This document shows positions 28,717 to 40,976 of a DNA stretch of 64,000 nucleotides, one piece after another (position 1 is the stretch's first letter; every line of letters starts with the position of its first letter). The stretch is from an uncultured Bacillota bacterium. Its GTDB lineage: Bacteria > Sysuimicrobiota > Sysuimicrobiia > Sysuimicrobiales > Segetimicrobiaceae. The translations under genes and the position numbers were made by a program. The DNA lies in the NCBI GenBank assembly GCA_963804645.1, contig CAWDRG010000009.1:1152001-1216000 (forward strand), read 5' to 3'. Below the pieces are notes generated by a model. That model saw only the letters and a list, made by a program, of their open reading frames with translations, was not told the DNA's origin and did no database searches.

Positions 28717-29680
28717 TCCAGTCGCTCCCTACGCGATCGGCTTTGATGCATCGGCTCACGCGCCCCGGCCCGACCGGGATGAGCGGAACCGCGGCCGCCA
28801 CGCACTCCGCGGAGGCCAGCGGACAGCGGGGCGCGAACGCGCACCCCTCGGCAAGTCCGACCGGGTCCGGCGGCGTGCCCGGGATCGGCGTGAGCGGCGC
28901 GGCGCGGTCGACGCTCGGCACCGACCCGATCAATCCCATCGTATACGGGTGCCGAGGGTGCGCGAACAGCTCGTCGGTCGGCGCGAGCTCCACGATCTGC
29001 CCCGCGTACATCACCGCGACCCGGTGCACCGTCTGGCGGACGACCCCGAGGTCGTGCGTCACGAGTACGAGGGCCATGGACAGCTGGCGCTGGAGGCGGC
29101 CCAGCTCCGCGAGGATCTGGGCCTGGATGGTCACGTCGAGCGCCGTCGTGGGTTCGTCCGCGAGCAGCACCGTGGGGCGACGCGCGAGCACGATCGCGAG
29201 CATGACGCGCTGGCGCTGACCGCCCGAGAGCTGGTGCGGGTACGCGGCGAGGCGCCGTTCCGCGTCGGGGATCCCCACCTGCCGTAGGAGCTCCACGACT
29301 CGCCCGCGCCGTCCGGCGCCGGCGGGCAGGACTTCCGAGACCTGGCGCTCGATCGTGAGCACCGGATTGAGCGCGCTCGTTGGGTCCTGGAAAATCATCG
29401 CGACGCCCTGGCCCCGAATCCGCTCGAGCTCCGGCTCCGCGAGCGCGACGAGGTCGCGGCCCCCGAACCGGACGGCGCCCGCGGTGATCCGGGCCGGCGG
29501 ATGCAGCAGGCGCATGACGGCGCGGCAGGTCATGCTCTTTCCCGAACCTGACTCGCCGACGAGAGCGATCGCCTCGCCCGGAGCCACCCCAAACGTCACG
29601 TCGCGCACCGCGCGGACGGTGCCGCGGGGGGTGGGGATCTCGACGCTGAGGCCCTCGACTGACAGCGCGAGATCGGTCAC
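28688..29680 (-). CDS. Oligo/dipeptide ABC transporter ATP-binding protein (OppD/DppD)
   Basis: [30 protein letters not shown]. Confidence 0.92.
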   Translation of the reverse strand: MTDLALSVEGLSVEIPTPRGTVRAVRDVTFGVAPGEAIALVGESGSGKSMTCRAVMRLLHPPARITAGAVRFGGRDLVALAEPELERIRGQGVAMIFQDPTSALNPVLTIERQVSEVLPAGAGRRGRVVELLRQVGIPDAERRLAAYPHQLSGGQRQRVMLAIVLARRPTVLLADEPTTALDVTIQAQILAELGRLQRQLSMALVLVTHDLGVVRQTVHRVAVMYAGQIVELAPTDELFAHPRHPYTMGLIGSVPSVDRAAPLTPIPGTPPDPVGLAEGCAFAPRCPLASAECVAAAVPLIPVGPGRVSRCIKADRVGSDWSAAAAAQRS

Positions 29681-30528
29681 TGGCCGCGGATCCGCAGGAG
29701 GTCGGTGAGGCCGTCGCCGATCAGAATGAAGGCGATGCCGGCGTACATGCACGCGAAGCCCGGCATCGCGGCCGCCCACCAGGCGTTGTAGATGTACATC
29801 CGTCCTTCGGAGATCATGAGGCCCCACTCCGGTGCCGGCGGGCGGACGCCGAGCCCCAGGAACCCCAGCGCCGCCGTGGTGAGGATCACGAGCACGACGT
29901 CAGAGGCGAGGAACACGACGGCGGGGGGAATCGCGTTCGGAAGCAGGTGGCGCAGGATGATCCGCCAGCGGCCGAAGCCGAGCGCGCGCAGCGCGTCCAC
30001 GTATTCCAGTTGCTTGTCGCGGAGGACCTCGCCCCGGACGAGGCGCGCGAAGATGATCCAATCGGTGACGCCGATCGCGACGATGATGTTCCCCTCCGAC
30101 GGCCCGAGAAACGCCACGATCGCGATCACCAGCACCGTGAACGGCACCGCGGAGATGACGTCGACGGCGCGCATCACCACGGCGTCTGCCCAGCCGCCGA
30201 CGTACCCGGCGACCCCGCCGGCCATGCCGCCGAACACAAACGGGAAGATCACCGCCAGGATCCCGATCCGGAGGTCGATCGCGGCACCGTACAACACCCG
30301 GGTGAACACGTCCCGGCCGTAATTATCAGTGCCGAACCAGTGCGAGGCGGACGGCGGCAGCAGCATCGCGTTTAGGTTTTGAGCGGAGGGGTCGTACGCG
30401 ACGAGCGCCGGGGCGAGCGCGGACGCCGCAAGCAGCACGAGCACCATCCCGCCGCCGACGGCAATCCCGAGCGGCACGCGCACCCGGATCCTTCGGGCCG
30501 GCGCCAGATCTCTCGCGAGTGTCGTCAC
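29677..30528 (-). CDS. Peptide ABC transporter permease (OppC/DppC)
   Basis: HWFGTDNYGRD, EYVDALRALG, LGFLGLG..PP.PEWG. Confidence 0.92.
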   Translation of the reverse strand: MTTLARDLAPARRIRVRVPLGIAVGGGMVLVLLAASALAPALVAYDPSAQNLNAMLLPPSASHWFGTDNYGRDVFTRVLYGAAIDLRIGILAVIFPFVFGGMAGGVAGYVGGWADAVVMRAVDVISAVPFTVLVIAIVAFLGPSEGNIIVAIGVTDWIIFARLVRGEVLRDKQLEYVDALRALGFGRWRIILRHLLPNAIPPAVVFLASDVVLVILTTAALGFLGLGVRPPAPEWGLMISEGRMYIYNAWWAAAMPGFACMYAGIAFILIGDGLTDLLRIRGQ

Positions 30529-30585
30529 GCGGCCACTCCTACGGAATGCTGCAGGATCGCGTCGCCCACGGGGGCCGCGTCGGCC

Positions 30586-31521
30586 TCAGCCCATCCGCAG
30601 CCGCGGATCGAACAGCGGGTAGACTAGGTCTGTCGCGAGGTTGATCAGCATCGTCCCGAAGGCGAAGATCAGGGTCAGCGTCTGCACCACGACGTAGTCG
30701 CGCGAGTAGATCGAATCGACCATCCACGAGCCGAGCCCCGGGATCGCGAACACGGTCTCGATCACAACCGCCCCGCCGATCGCAAACGACAAGCGGGTGC
30801 CGATGAGCGTCACCATCGGGAGCAGCGCCGCACGCAACACGTGGTGGAAGAGGACGGCCCGCCGGCGCAGCCCCTTTGCGCGGGCGAAGTCCACGTACGC
30901 GGTCGACATCACGTCCACCAGCGACGAGCGGAGATTCCGGCACAGCACCGACGCGAACACGAGTGACAGCGTCAGCGCGGGGAGAAACAGGTGGCTCAGG
31001 TGGCCGAGGGCGCCGTCTCCGTAGCCGGTCGCGGGCAACCAGCCGAACTTCAAGGAGAACACGATCAGGAACAGGATCCCGACCCAAAACTGCGGCGCCG
31101 CAAGCGGCAGCGCCATCGCGGCGCGAATCACCTGGTCCGGCCACCGGTTGCGGTAGAATGCCGCGACCACGGCGAGCGGCACCGCGATCAGCACCGAGAG
31201 CACGAGGCTATAGGTGACCAGGAAGAACGTCACCGCCGCCCGCGGCGGCAGCATCTCGGTCACCGGCGTCTGATACCGCAGTGAGATCCCGAGGTTGCCC
31301 GTGAGCAGGTTCCGCATGTAGACGGCGTACTGCTGCCAGATCGGGCGGTCGAGCCCCCACTGGCTCCGGAGGGCCGCGATCGAGGCGTCGGACGCACGGT
31401 CGCCCAGGATCGCCGACGCCGGGTCGCCCGGCACCAGCTTGATCAGTAGGAAGATCAAGACCGTGACCAGCAGCGCGATTGGCACGATCTGGCCGAGACG
31501 GCCGAGCGCGTAGCGCAGCAT
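30586..31521 (-). CDS. Peptide ABC transporter permease (OppB/DppB)
   Basis: PGDPA, YVDFARAKGL, ETVFAIPGLG, DPR. Confidence 0.92.
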   Translation of the reverse strand: MLRYALGRLGQIVPIALLVTVLIFLLIKLVPGDPASAILGDRASDASIAALRSQWGLDRPIWQQYAVYMRNLLTGNLGISLRYQTPVTEMLPPRAAVTFFLVTYSLVLSVLIAVPLAVVAAFYRNRWPDQVIRAAMALPLAAPQFWVGILFLIVFSLKFGWLPATGYGDGALGHLSHLFLPALTLSLVFASVLCRNLRSSLVDVMSTAYVDFARAKGLRRRAVLFHHVLRAALLPMVTLIGTRLSFAIGGAVVIETVFAIPGLGSWMVDSIYSRDYVVVQTLTLIFAFGTMLINLATDLVYPLFDPRLRMG

Positions 31522-31539
31522 CCGGTGGGTCTCCTCCGG

Positions 31540-33075
31540 CTACTGCGAGACGGTCACATTCTGGAACAGCCAGGGCCCGGTCGCCATCTGCACGAAGCCG
31601 TGCATGTTCTTGTTGATCGCGATCGTGTACGGCGCGTAGTAGAGCCAGATCAGCGGCGACTCCTGAATCGCGAGCTCCTGCATCTGGTAGTAGATCTGGC
31701 GCCGCGTGGTCGCATTCTGCGCCGTCATGCCGTCCTGGACGAGCTTGCTCATTGCCGGGGACTGGTACCCGGTGTGGTACGACTTCGACGTCGTGTAGTC
31801 AAACTCGTACGACGCGAGCTCGGACGGGTCGGGCACGTCATTCGTCCAGCCGCGGAGCGTGACCTGATAGTCCAGCGAGATCATCCGTGAGCGCGCGGCG
31901 GCGGGGTCGAGCGGCACCAGGTTGAGGGTGACGCCGATCGGCGCCCACATGTTCTTCAGCAGCGTCGCCGAGGTGTTTGCGTCGTTCTGGCCCGACGGCA
32001 CGATCACGGTTAGGGTCACCGGCGTGGCGACCCCGGACTCGGCGATCAGCTGCTTCGCCTTTGCGATGTCGTACGTGTATGCCTTCAGGTTTTTGTCGAA
32101 GTATAGGGTCGTGATCGGTAGGAACGATGTCGCTGGCGTGCAGTTGGCGTAGCACGTCGCCTTCACGATGCCGGCGCGGTCGGTCGCGTACGCGAGTGCC
32201 TGGCGGAACTTCACGTTGTTGAGCGGCGCGGCGGTCACGTTCAGGAGCACCATGAAGACGGCCGTCGAGGGGTTCAGCTGCACGTCGAGGCGCGGATCCC
32301 GCTGCAGCACGGACACTTGGGCGAACGGCGGGTAGTCGATCCCGTCAAGTTCGCCCGCCTGGAGCGCGATCATGCGGTCGTTGTCGTCTGGGATATAGCG
32401 GAGGTGCAGCTCGTGCGTCCGCGGTTGCCCCTTCACGTAGTAGTAGGGGTTGGCCTGCATGTCGATCTCGTCGCCCTTCTTCCACGCCGTCATCATGAAC
32501 GGGCCGGACCCGACCGGTTTGTTCGCGAAGTCGTCGGCCGTCGCGCCGCGAAACACCTTCATGGGGAGGATGCTGTTCGAGAACAGAGAGATGTCCGAGA
32601 GAAAGGGTGCCCACGGCTGCTTCAGCGTAATCGCGACCGTGTGGTCGTTCACCGCGACGATCGCCTGCACGGGATCGAGGGCCCACTGCCACGGCCCGTT
32701 GACGTCGTGCGCCCGCTGGAGCGACCACACCACGTCGTCCGCGGTGACCGGGTCGCCGTTCGAGAACTTCGCGTCCTGCCGCAGCAGAAACGTCCACGTC
32801 TTGCCGTCGGAGGAGACGGACCATTTCTCGGCGAGGTCGGGGATGAACCCGTCGCCTGCGACGTTCACCCGTATCAGCTGTTGGTAGATCTGCATGAACG
32901 CCCAGATATTGGGGTTCTGGTCCTGCGTGACCGGATCGAGGTTGGTGGCGGCCAGGTTGACGCCGAACTGGATCACGGACTTGTACCCCGCCGCCGTCGC
33001 GGGACTGAACTGCCCGGCCGCGAGTGCGGCCGCGACCACCAGGACCATCCCCATTCGCCCGATGCGTATCATCAT
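31540..33075 (-). CDS. Peptide/nickel-type ABC transporter substrate-binding protein (family 5)
   Basis: Signal peptide; PDLAEKW.VS.DGKTWTF.LR..AKFSNG.PVTA.DV; PVGSGPF. Confidence 0.92.
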   Translation of the reverse strand: MMIRIGRMGMVLVVAAALAAGQFSPATAAGYKSVIQFGVNLAATNLDPVTQDQNPNIWAFMQIYQQLIRVNVAGDGFIPDLAEKWSVSSDGKTWTFLLRQDAKFSNGDPVTADDVVWSLQRAHDVNGPWQWALDPVQAIVAVNDHTVAITLKQPWAPFLSDISLFSNSILPMKVFRGATADDFANKPVGSGPFMMTAWKKGDEIDMQANPYYYVKGQPRTHELHLRYIPDDNDRMIALQAGELDGIDYPPFAQVSVLQRDPRLDVQLNPSTAVFMVLLNVTAAPLNNVKFRQALAYATDRAGIVKATCYANCTPATSFLPITTLYFDKNLKAYTYDIAKAKQLIAESGVATPVTLTVIVPSGQNDANTSATLLKNMWAPIGVTLNLVPLDPAAARSRMISLDYQVTLRGWTNDVPDPSELASYEFDYTTSKSYHTGYQSPAMSKLVQDGMTAQNATTRRQIYYQMQELAIQESPLIWLYYAPYTIAINKNMHGFVQMATGPWLFQNVTVSQ

Positions 33076-33278
33076 CCGCCTCCTCGAACAAACCGCTTCG
33101 GCGCGACTGACCGCCGTGCCCCGCGCGTGCTAAGGGTAGTATTTCACGAGAGTCGCGGAGACCGTTCGTGGGGCCCCAAGTGGCTTCCTCCTGCGGACCG
33201 CGGCCGGCGAGGCGTGCCGGCGCTGGGAGCGGTGGACGGGGTGCCCGGCCGATGGATCGGTCGGCGGCGCGAGCGGGG

Positions 33279-33782
33279 CTAGCGGTGGAGCTTCGTGAGG
33301 AGCGATGCCAGGCGGGACATCAGCCGGTCGAACCAGCCCGCGCGTGGAGCCGGGCCGACGCTCTGGTCCACGGTGCCGGCGTTCGGATCCGCGGCATCGG
33401 AGTTCGGGGCCGCGGATCCGGGCGTCCCGGAGTGCCCGCTCGGGACCACCATGAACTCGATCTCGCCGGGACGGACGAGGCCGAGCTCCGTCCGCGCGAG
33501 ATGCTCGATGTAGGCGTTGTCCGTCTGCAGGCGGCCGATCTCTTCGCGCAGCTCCTCGTTCCGGATCACGAGGGTCTGGCGCCGCTGGTCCAGCTGGGCG
33601 GCCTCCCGGGCGAGGGCGTACGTGCGCGCGTACTGGCCCACGAACGCCACGGTGCCCCAGACGGCGACCACCGCGGCGCACACCATCAGTACCTGACGCC
33701 GGCGGGACGGCGGCGGGCGCCGGACCTTCGGCTGGCGGGCCCGGAGGCGGGCCGCCGCGAGGCGGTGGCCGCGCGTTACCAT
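33279..33782 (-). CDS. ftsB: Septum formation initiator DivIC/FtsB
   Basis: One TM segment plus coiled coil and YIEHLARTELGLVRPGE. Confidence 0.82.
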   Translation of the reverse strand: MVTRGHRLAAARLRARQPKVRRPPPSRRRQVLMVCAAVVAVWGTVAFVGQYARTYALAREAAQLDQRRQTLVIRNEELREEIGRLQTDNAYIEHLARTELGLVRPGEIEFMVVPSGHSGTPGSAAPNSDAADPNAGTVDQSVGPAPRAGWFDRLMSRLASLLTKLHR

Positions 33783-34528
33783 CTCGCCGCCACGCGCGCG
33801 TGGAGCGCCCGGGCCGGCAGCGGCGGGCTCCGGCGCGGGGCGAACGTGCCCACGAGCGCCGCGCGGGTGCGCTGCCAGATGTCGAACGACCGAAGCACGC
33901 CCCGCCAAAACGGCGTCAGCGTGCCGTCCTGCTCGAGATGGAACCACGCGAGCGCGACCTGGCGAAGATACCGCGCGGTCTCGGGATACGGGGGCACGCC
34001 GTGGTGGTGCTCGACGGCGTCGGCGCCCGCGTTGTACGCGGCGAGCGCGAGCAGCAGGTTGCCGCCGAACCGCTCCACCAGGCGGTGCAGGTAGGACGCT
34101 CCCACCGCGAGATTCGCTGCGGGATCGTCCATGCACGGGGGGACGGTGAGCCTCGCGGTCTGCGGCGGGCACGCCTGGGCCGAATCAACCTCGCGCCAGG
34201 TGGTAGGCAGGACCTGCATCAGGCCGTACGCGCCGCTGCGCGACCGCGCGCGCGCGTTGAAGCCGCTCTCGGCGGCGACGACCGCCGCGACGATCGCGGG
34301 GTTGAGGGCATGCGCCGCCGCGGTGCGATTGATGAGATCGGCGTAGGGGATGCCGTGCACCGCGCGCGCGGGGCCGTCTCCGCGGCGAAAGCGCGCGATG
34401 GCCGACCGGATATGCTCCGTCGTCAGCAGGTAGGTGAACACGAGTGCGAGTAGGAGGGCCGCCGCGACGCATCCTGCACACAGCGCGATCCACCGCGGCG
34501 CCCCTCCCGCGCGGCGATCCTTGGCCAT
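33776..34528 (-). CDS. Lytic transglycosylase (SLT domain)
   Basis: AESGFN..A.S..GAYGLMQV, ALAAYNAG, PPYPET..Y. Confidence 0.88.
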   Translation of the reverse strand: MAKDRRAGGAPRWIALCAGCVAAALLLALVFTYLLTTEHIRSAIARFRRGDGPARAVHGIPYADLINRTAAAHALNPAIVAAVVAAESGFNARARSRSGAYGLMQVLPTTWREVDSAQACPPQTARLTVPPCMDDPAANLAVGASYLHRLVERFGGNLLLALAAYNAGADAVEHHHGVPPYPETARYLRQVALAWFHLEQDGTLTPFWRGVLRSFDIWQRTRAALVGTFAPRRSPPLPARALHARVAARW

Positions 34529-34580
34529 AACTGTTCCGAGAGTTCTGGGCTTGGCGCAGGATTCCTGCCTGCGGAGCCGC

Positions 34581-36179
<1,599 letters not shown>

Positions 36180-36193
<14 letters not shown>

Positions 36194-36980
36194 GCCACAG
36201 CGCGAGCAGCTCGTCCGGGGAGCAGTCGCGGATCGACCGGCCGCTCTCGCGCACCGCCTGTTCCAGGCGCGAGAACCGATCCCGGAACTTGTCACACGCC
36301 GCGCGCAGCACCTGCTCGCCGTCGAGCCCGAGATAGCGCGGCAGGTTGGCGACCGTGAATAGGAGATCGCCGAGCTCCTCGGCGACGCGCTCGGGGGCCT
36401 CGCCGGCGGACGCACGCTCGAGCTCCCCGAGCTCCTCGCGCACCTTGCCGGCGGCCTCGGGCAGGCCCGGCCACGTAAACCCGGCCCGGGCGGCGCGGGC
36501 CTGCATCTGCTGCGCGAGCGCCAGGGCCGGCAGCGCGCGCGGAAGCCCGCCGAGGGCGCCCTCGGCGGGCGCTCCGCCGCCGGGCGGGGCCGCCGCGCCG
36601 TCCCGCTCCTCCGCTTTGATCGCTTCCCAGCGCGTCAGGACGGCGTCCGGCGTCTCGGCCCGCGCGTCGCCGAAGACATGGGGATGGCGCCGCACGAGCT
36701 TCTCCGCGAGGCCGCTGACCACGTCGTCGATGGTAAAGGCGCCATCCTCGCGGGCCATCTGCGCATGAAACACGACCTGCAGCAGCAGGTCGCCCAATTC
36801 CTCGCGCAGCCGGTCCGGCGCGCCCGCGTCGATCGCCTCGAGCGTCTCATAGGTCTCTTCAAGCAGATACGACCGCAGCGTCGCGTGCGTCTGCTCGCGG
36901 TCCCACGGGCACCCTCCCGGACCGCGCAGGCGGGCCATGATCGCGACGAGGTCCTCGAACCCCTTCCGCTCGGCGTCCAT
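36180..36980 (-). CDS. mazG: Nucleoside triphosphate pyrophosphohydrolase MazG
   Basis: GCPWDREQT, EELGDLL (twice), RRHPHVFG. Confidence 0.93.
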
Positions 36981-36981
36981 C

Positions 36982-39900
36982 TCAGCCCTTGCTCGGGCCG
37001 CGGCCGGCCGGCAGGCGCCGGTCGCCCCGGGCCCCCGCGAGCGACGGTCCGTCGAGGCGCGGCACGCCCGCCGCCACCCCCGCGGCTTGCGGCGGCAGGC
37101 CCGGGTGCAGCGCCCGCGACAACTCTTCCAGCACGTCCGCGACGGCGCGCACCGTTTCCTCAAACCCGGCGCCGGCGCGCACCCGGATGCCGTCCGAGGT
37201 CCACTGGGCGCCGCTCTTCGGGCGTCCGAGCCTGGCGCGCGCGCGCGCCGCGAGACTCTGCGGATCGGCGGGCCGGAGGAGCACGCCGTCGCCGTCCCGC
37301 GAGATCGCCGCGATCCCGACGCCGCGGGCGAGCACCCGGAGGCGGATCACCTCGCCCAGGCGCCGCGCCGGCTCCGGCAGCGGCCCGTAGCGGTCGCGCT
37401 GCTCCGCCAGCGCGGCGTCGAGGTCCTCGATCGTGCGCGCCTCCGCCAGCCGCCGGTAGGCCGCCATCCGCTGGCTCGGCGCGCTCACGTAGTCGTCCGG
37501 CAGGAACGCCTCGGCGTCCAGATCGACCGTGGTTTCCGGCAGCTCCTCGACGCGCTCGCCGCGGAGTTCCCGGACGGCTTCGTCGAGCAGGCGCATGTAC
37601 AGGTCGAACCCGACCGCGGCGAGATGACCGTGCTGCTCCGCGCCGAGCAGGTTGCCGGCGCCGCGGATCTCGAGGTCGCGCATCGCGAGGCGCAGGCCCG
37701 ACCCGAGCTCGACGAACTCGCGCATCGCGACGAGGCGCTGCTCGGCCTCGTGCGTCAGGCGCGCCCCACGCGGGTAGAGCAGGTACGCGTACGCCTGCCG
37801 GTCCGCGCGTCCGACCCGCCCGCGCAGCTGGTACAGCTGCGCCAGGCCGAGGAGGTGCGCGTTCTCGATGACGATCGTGTTCACGCGCGGGATGTCGAGC
37901 CCGATCTCGACGATCGTGGTGCAGACGAGCACCTTGTGCCGGCCCCCGAGGAAGTCCAGCATGACCTGCTCGAGCCGCGCTTCGGGCATCTGCCCGTGGG
38001 CGACCGCGACCCGCGCCTCGGGCACCGCGTCGCGAATGCGCCGGGCCGCCCGGTCGATCGTGTCGACGCGGTTGTGCACCACGTACACCTGTCCGTCGCG
38101 CGCGAGCTCGCGCCGGATCGAATCCTGGATCAGCGGCCGGTCGTCCTCACGGATGAACGTCTGGATCGGCTGGCGGGCGTCGGGGGGCGTCTCCATCACC
38201 GACAGGTCCCGGAGCCCGGCGAGCGACATGTGCAGCGTGCGCGGGATCGGCGTCGCGGTGAGCGTGAGGACGTCCACCTGGGTCCGCAGCTGCTTGAGAC
38301 GCTCCTTGTGGGCGACCCCGAAGCGCTGCTCCTCGTCGATGATCACCAGGCCGAGCGCGGGGAAGGTGACCGATTTGTTGAGCAGTTGGTGCGTGCCGAT
38401 CAGCACGTCCACCGCGCCGTCCCGCGCGGCCGCGATGATCGCCTTCTGCTCCTTCGGCGTCTTGAACCGGCTCAGCATCTCGACGCGCACCGGGAACGCC
38501 GCGAACCGCTCCCGGAAGACCGTCTCATGCTGCTGCGCCAACAGCGTCGTCGGCACGAGGACGGCGACCTGCTTGCCGTCCATCACCGCCTTGAACGCCG
38601 CGCGCAGCGCGACCTCGGTCTTGCCGTACCCGACGTCGCCGCACACGAGGCGGTCCATCGGCCGCGGCGCCTCCATGTCGCGCTTCACGTCCTCGATCGC
38701 CCGCAGCTGGTCCGGCGTTTCCTCGTACGGGAAGGCGTCTTCCATTTCGCGCTGCCACGGAGAGTCCGGCGCGAACGCGTGCCCGCCGGCGCGCTCGCGC
38801 TCCGCGTACAACTGCAGGAGCTCGCGCGCCATCTCCCGCGTGCGCTCCCGCACGCGGCGCTTCTCACGTTCCCACTCGCTGCCGCCGAGCCGGTGGATCT
38901 GGGGCGTCTGGCTGTCGGCGCCGACGTACCGCTGGACGAGATTGATCTGGTCCGTGGGCACGTAGAGCGTGTCGCCCTGGGCGTACTCCAGGTGCAGATA
39001 GTCGCGCCCGCCGTCGCCCATCGCGAGCCGCTCGAGGCCTCGGTACAGCCCGATCCCATGGTGGATGTGCACGACGAGGTCGCCGGGCACGAGCTCCGTC
39101 CAGCTCTCCAGCCGCGCGCCCTCGCGCATCCACCGCACTTTCTTCGCGCGGCGGTGCCAGCCGAGGATCTCGCTGTCGGTGATGACGACGAGATCCCCGA
39201 GTGCAAATCCCTCGGTGAGCGGGTGGGGGATGACGAGCGCGCGTCCAGGCTCGGGCACGTCGCCGATGCCGTCCAGCAGCGTATACGGGATCTCGTGCTC
39301 GGCGAGGAGCTCCGCCATCCGGTGCCCCTGGCGGCTCGCAATCACGACGCGGTCCTTGTCGGCGAGCCGCTGGCGGATGTGCCGGGCGAGTGCGTCCATC
39401 TGGCCGGCGAACGGCTCCACCGCCCGGAACCCGAACTCCACCACCTCGCCCTTGGCGGGCCGGTGGAGGGTCGACAACGACAGCCCCGCGCGCCCGTCGA
39501 GGACCTTCGCCACGCGGTCCCACCGCACGACGGGAAGCGGCACGTCGCGGGCGATCTGCTCGGTCTCGACCGCACGCTCGTACGCGGCGGCGGCGTGGTC
39601 GTAAAGGGCGCGTGCCTGGCGCTCGACTTCCTCCGGTTCGTCGAGCACGCAGACCGCGTCCGCGAGCGCCTCCGGCAGGACCGGCCCGTCGAGTCCCGAG
39701 ACGCGCGCGGCCAGCACGGTGACCCCGTCGAGCGCGGACACGGTCCGCTGCGTGTCGGGCTCGAAGACGCGGACCGACTCCACCTCGTCGCCGACCCACT
39801 CGATCCGGACCGGACGATCGTCCGTGGACGGGAAGACGTCGATCAGGCCTCCCCGCACCGCCATCTGCCCGGGCACCCCCACCAGGTCGACGCGCTCATA

Positions 39901-40398
39901 GCCGCCCGCCGACAGACGCGACGCGACGTCCTCAAGCCGTACCTGGTCGCCCACGCGGAGCGCCACGCGCGTCCCAGAGGTCCTGGTCGGATCGGGGAGC
40001 GGCGACAGCACGCCCGCGGCGGCGGCCACGACGACGACCGGATCGCCGCGCCGGACAGCCTCGAGCAGCCGCTGCCGCGCGCCTTCGGCCTCGACCGACG
40101 GGCGATCCTCAGGGGAGATCGTGTCCCACGGGGCCAGCACGTGGACGGTGTGGCTCCGGTCGGGGAGAAACGCCGACAGGTCGTCGGCGAGCTTCTCCGC
40201 CTGGTCGCGGGTCGGGGTGAGCACGATCCACGAGGGCACGCGGCCGCCGGCGTGCGCCACGCAGGCCGCGATGAGGCAGGCTTTCGCCGAGCCGGCCGGC
40301 CCCGTGACCCACGGGTGGCGACGGCGGGCGATTTCCTCGGAAACGAACAGAAACTCCCGTCTGCGCTGCAGAAGCGGGAGTACGCCGGACAGCGACAT
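36982..40398 (-). CDS. mfd: Transcription-repair coupling factor
   Basis: CGDVGYGKTEVA, DEEQRFGV, TATPIPRTL, QLRGRVGR, DLEIRGAGNLLG. Confidence 0.97.
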   Translation of the reverse strand: MSLSGVLPLLQRRREFLFVSEEIARRRHPWVTGPAGSAKACLIAACVAHAGGRVPSWIVLTPTRDQAEKLADDLSAFLPDRSHTVHVLAPWDTISPEDRPSVEAEGARQRLLEAVRRGDPVVVVAAAAGVLSPLPDPTRTSGTRVALRVGDQVRLEDVASRLSAGGYERVDLVGVPGQMAVRGGLIDVFPSTDDRPVRIEWVGDEVESVRVFEPDTQRTVSALDGVTVLAARVSGLDGPVLPEALADAVCVLDEPEEVERQARALYDHAAAAYERAVETEQIARDVPLPVVRWDRVAKVLDGRAGLSLSTLHRPAKGEVVEFGFRAVEPFAGQMDALARHIRQRLADKDRVVIASRQGHRMAELLAEHEIPYTLLDGIGDVPEPGRALVIPHPLTEGFALGDLVVITDSEILGWHRRAKKVRWMREGARLESWTELVPGDLVVHIHHGIGLYRGLERLAMGDGGRDYLHLEYAQGDTLYVPTDQINLVQRYVGADSQTPQIHRLGGSEWEREKRRVRERTREMARELLQLYAERERAGGHAFAPDSPWQREMEDAFPYEETPDQLRAIEDVKRDMEAPRPMDRLVCGDVGYGKTEVALRAAFKAVMDGKQVAVLVPTTLLAQQHETVFRERFAAFPVRVEMLSRFKTPKEQKAIIAAARDGAVDVLIGTHQLLNKSVTFPALGLVIIDEEQRFGVAHKERLKQLRTQVDVLTLTATPIPRTLHMSLAGLRDLSVMETPPDARQPIQTFIREDDRPLIQDSIRRELARDGQVYVVHNRVDTIDRAARRIRDAVPEARVAVAHGQMPEARLEQVMLDFLGGRHKVLVCTTIVEIGLDIPRVNTIVIENAHLLGLAQLYQLRGRVGRADRQAYAYLLYPRGARLTHEAEQRLVAMREFVELGSGLRLAMRDLEIRGAGNLLGAEQHGHLAAVGFDLYMRLLDEAVRELRGERVEELPETTVDLDAEAFLPDDYVSAPSQRMAAYRRLAEARTIEDLDAALAEQRDRYGPLPEPARRLGEVIRLRVLARGVGIAAISRDGDGVLLRPADPQSLAARARARLGRPKSGAQWTSDGIRVRAGAGFEETVRAVADVLEELSRALHPGLPPQAAGVAAGVPRLDGPSLAGARGDRRLPAGRGPSKG

Positions 40399-40418
40399 GA
40401 GAATTCCTCCGCTCGACT

Positions 40419-40447
40419 ATTGTACGGGAGGAGCCCGCGTGAGGCAA
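40419..40447 (-). promoter_or_regulatory. Sigma70-type promoter of the mfd operon
   Basis: TTGCCT-N17-TACAAT. Confidence 0.6.
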
Positions 40448-40976
40448 TGGGGCGTGTCACGCGGTCGACGCGCGCGACGCGTCGGGATGCGCGGACGCGG
40501 AAGCCCCCGGCGAGGCCGGTGATCGAGGCCGGTCCGTCGTCACACAACCGGGGCACGAGCCGAAAGCGGGTGTCGTCGCCGAGGAGTCAGACGGCGCCCG
40601 CCAGACGCACGTCGCGGGGCGCGCAGCAGAATGCGTTTCTCGATGCGGGGCGCAGCTCGCGCGGACGCGGCGGCGTCTCCGCCGGGCTGCGGTCGATTAT
40701 TTCTTGGTCTTCGGCGGCGCCCCGGCTTTGACCGGGTTCTTCCGCCTCGGATGCCCCTTCCAATCCTTCGGCTTCTTTATGCAGACGCCGTCTTCGATGC
40801 ATGAGCTCACTTGATAGGTGCCCGAGAGCTTGTATTTGCATGTCTGCCGGCGTGATCGTGGCGTCGAGCGTGGATTGTGCGTGCCGTCCCTACTGGGCGC
40901 GAGCTCGTCGCGGTCGGCCGGTCGGCGCCCCGCGGGGACCGATCTTCCGGGGTACCGTCACGCGGCGGTCGGCCGG

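Noticed and set aside
36937..40731. 1264-aa plus-strand ORF and similar long antisense ORFs (e.g. 46162-48822, 40818-42800, 34434-36362)
   Set aside because: They are shadows of mfd, the SARP regulator, nadE and eno, caused by high GC and codon bias, and have no motifs of their own.
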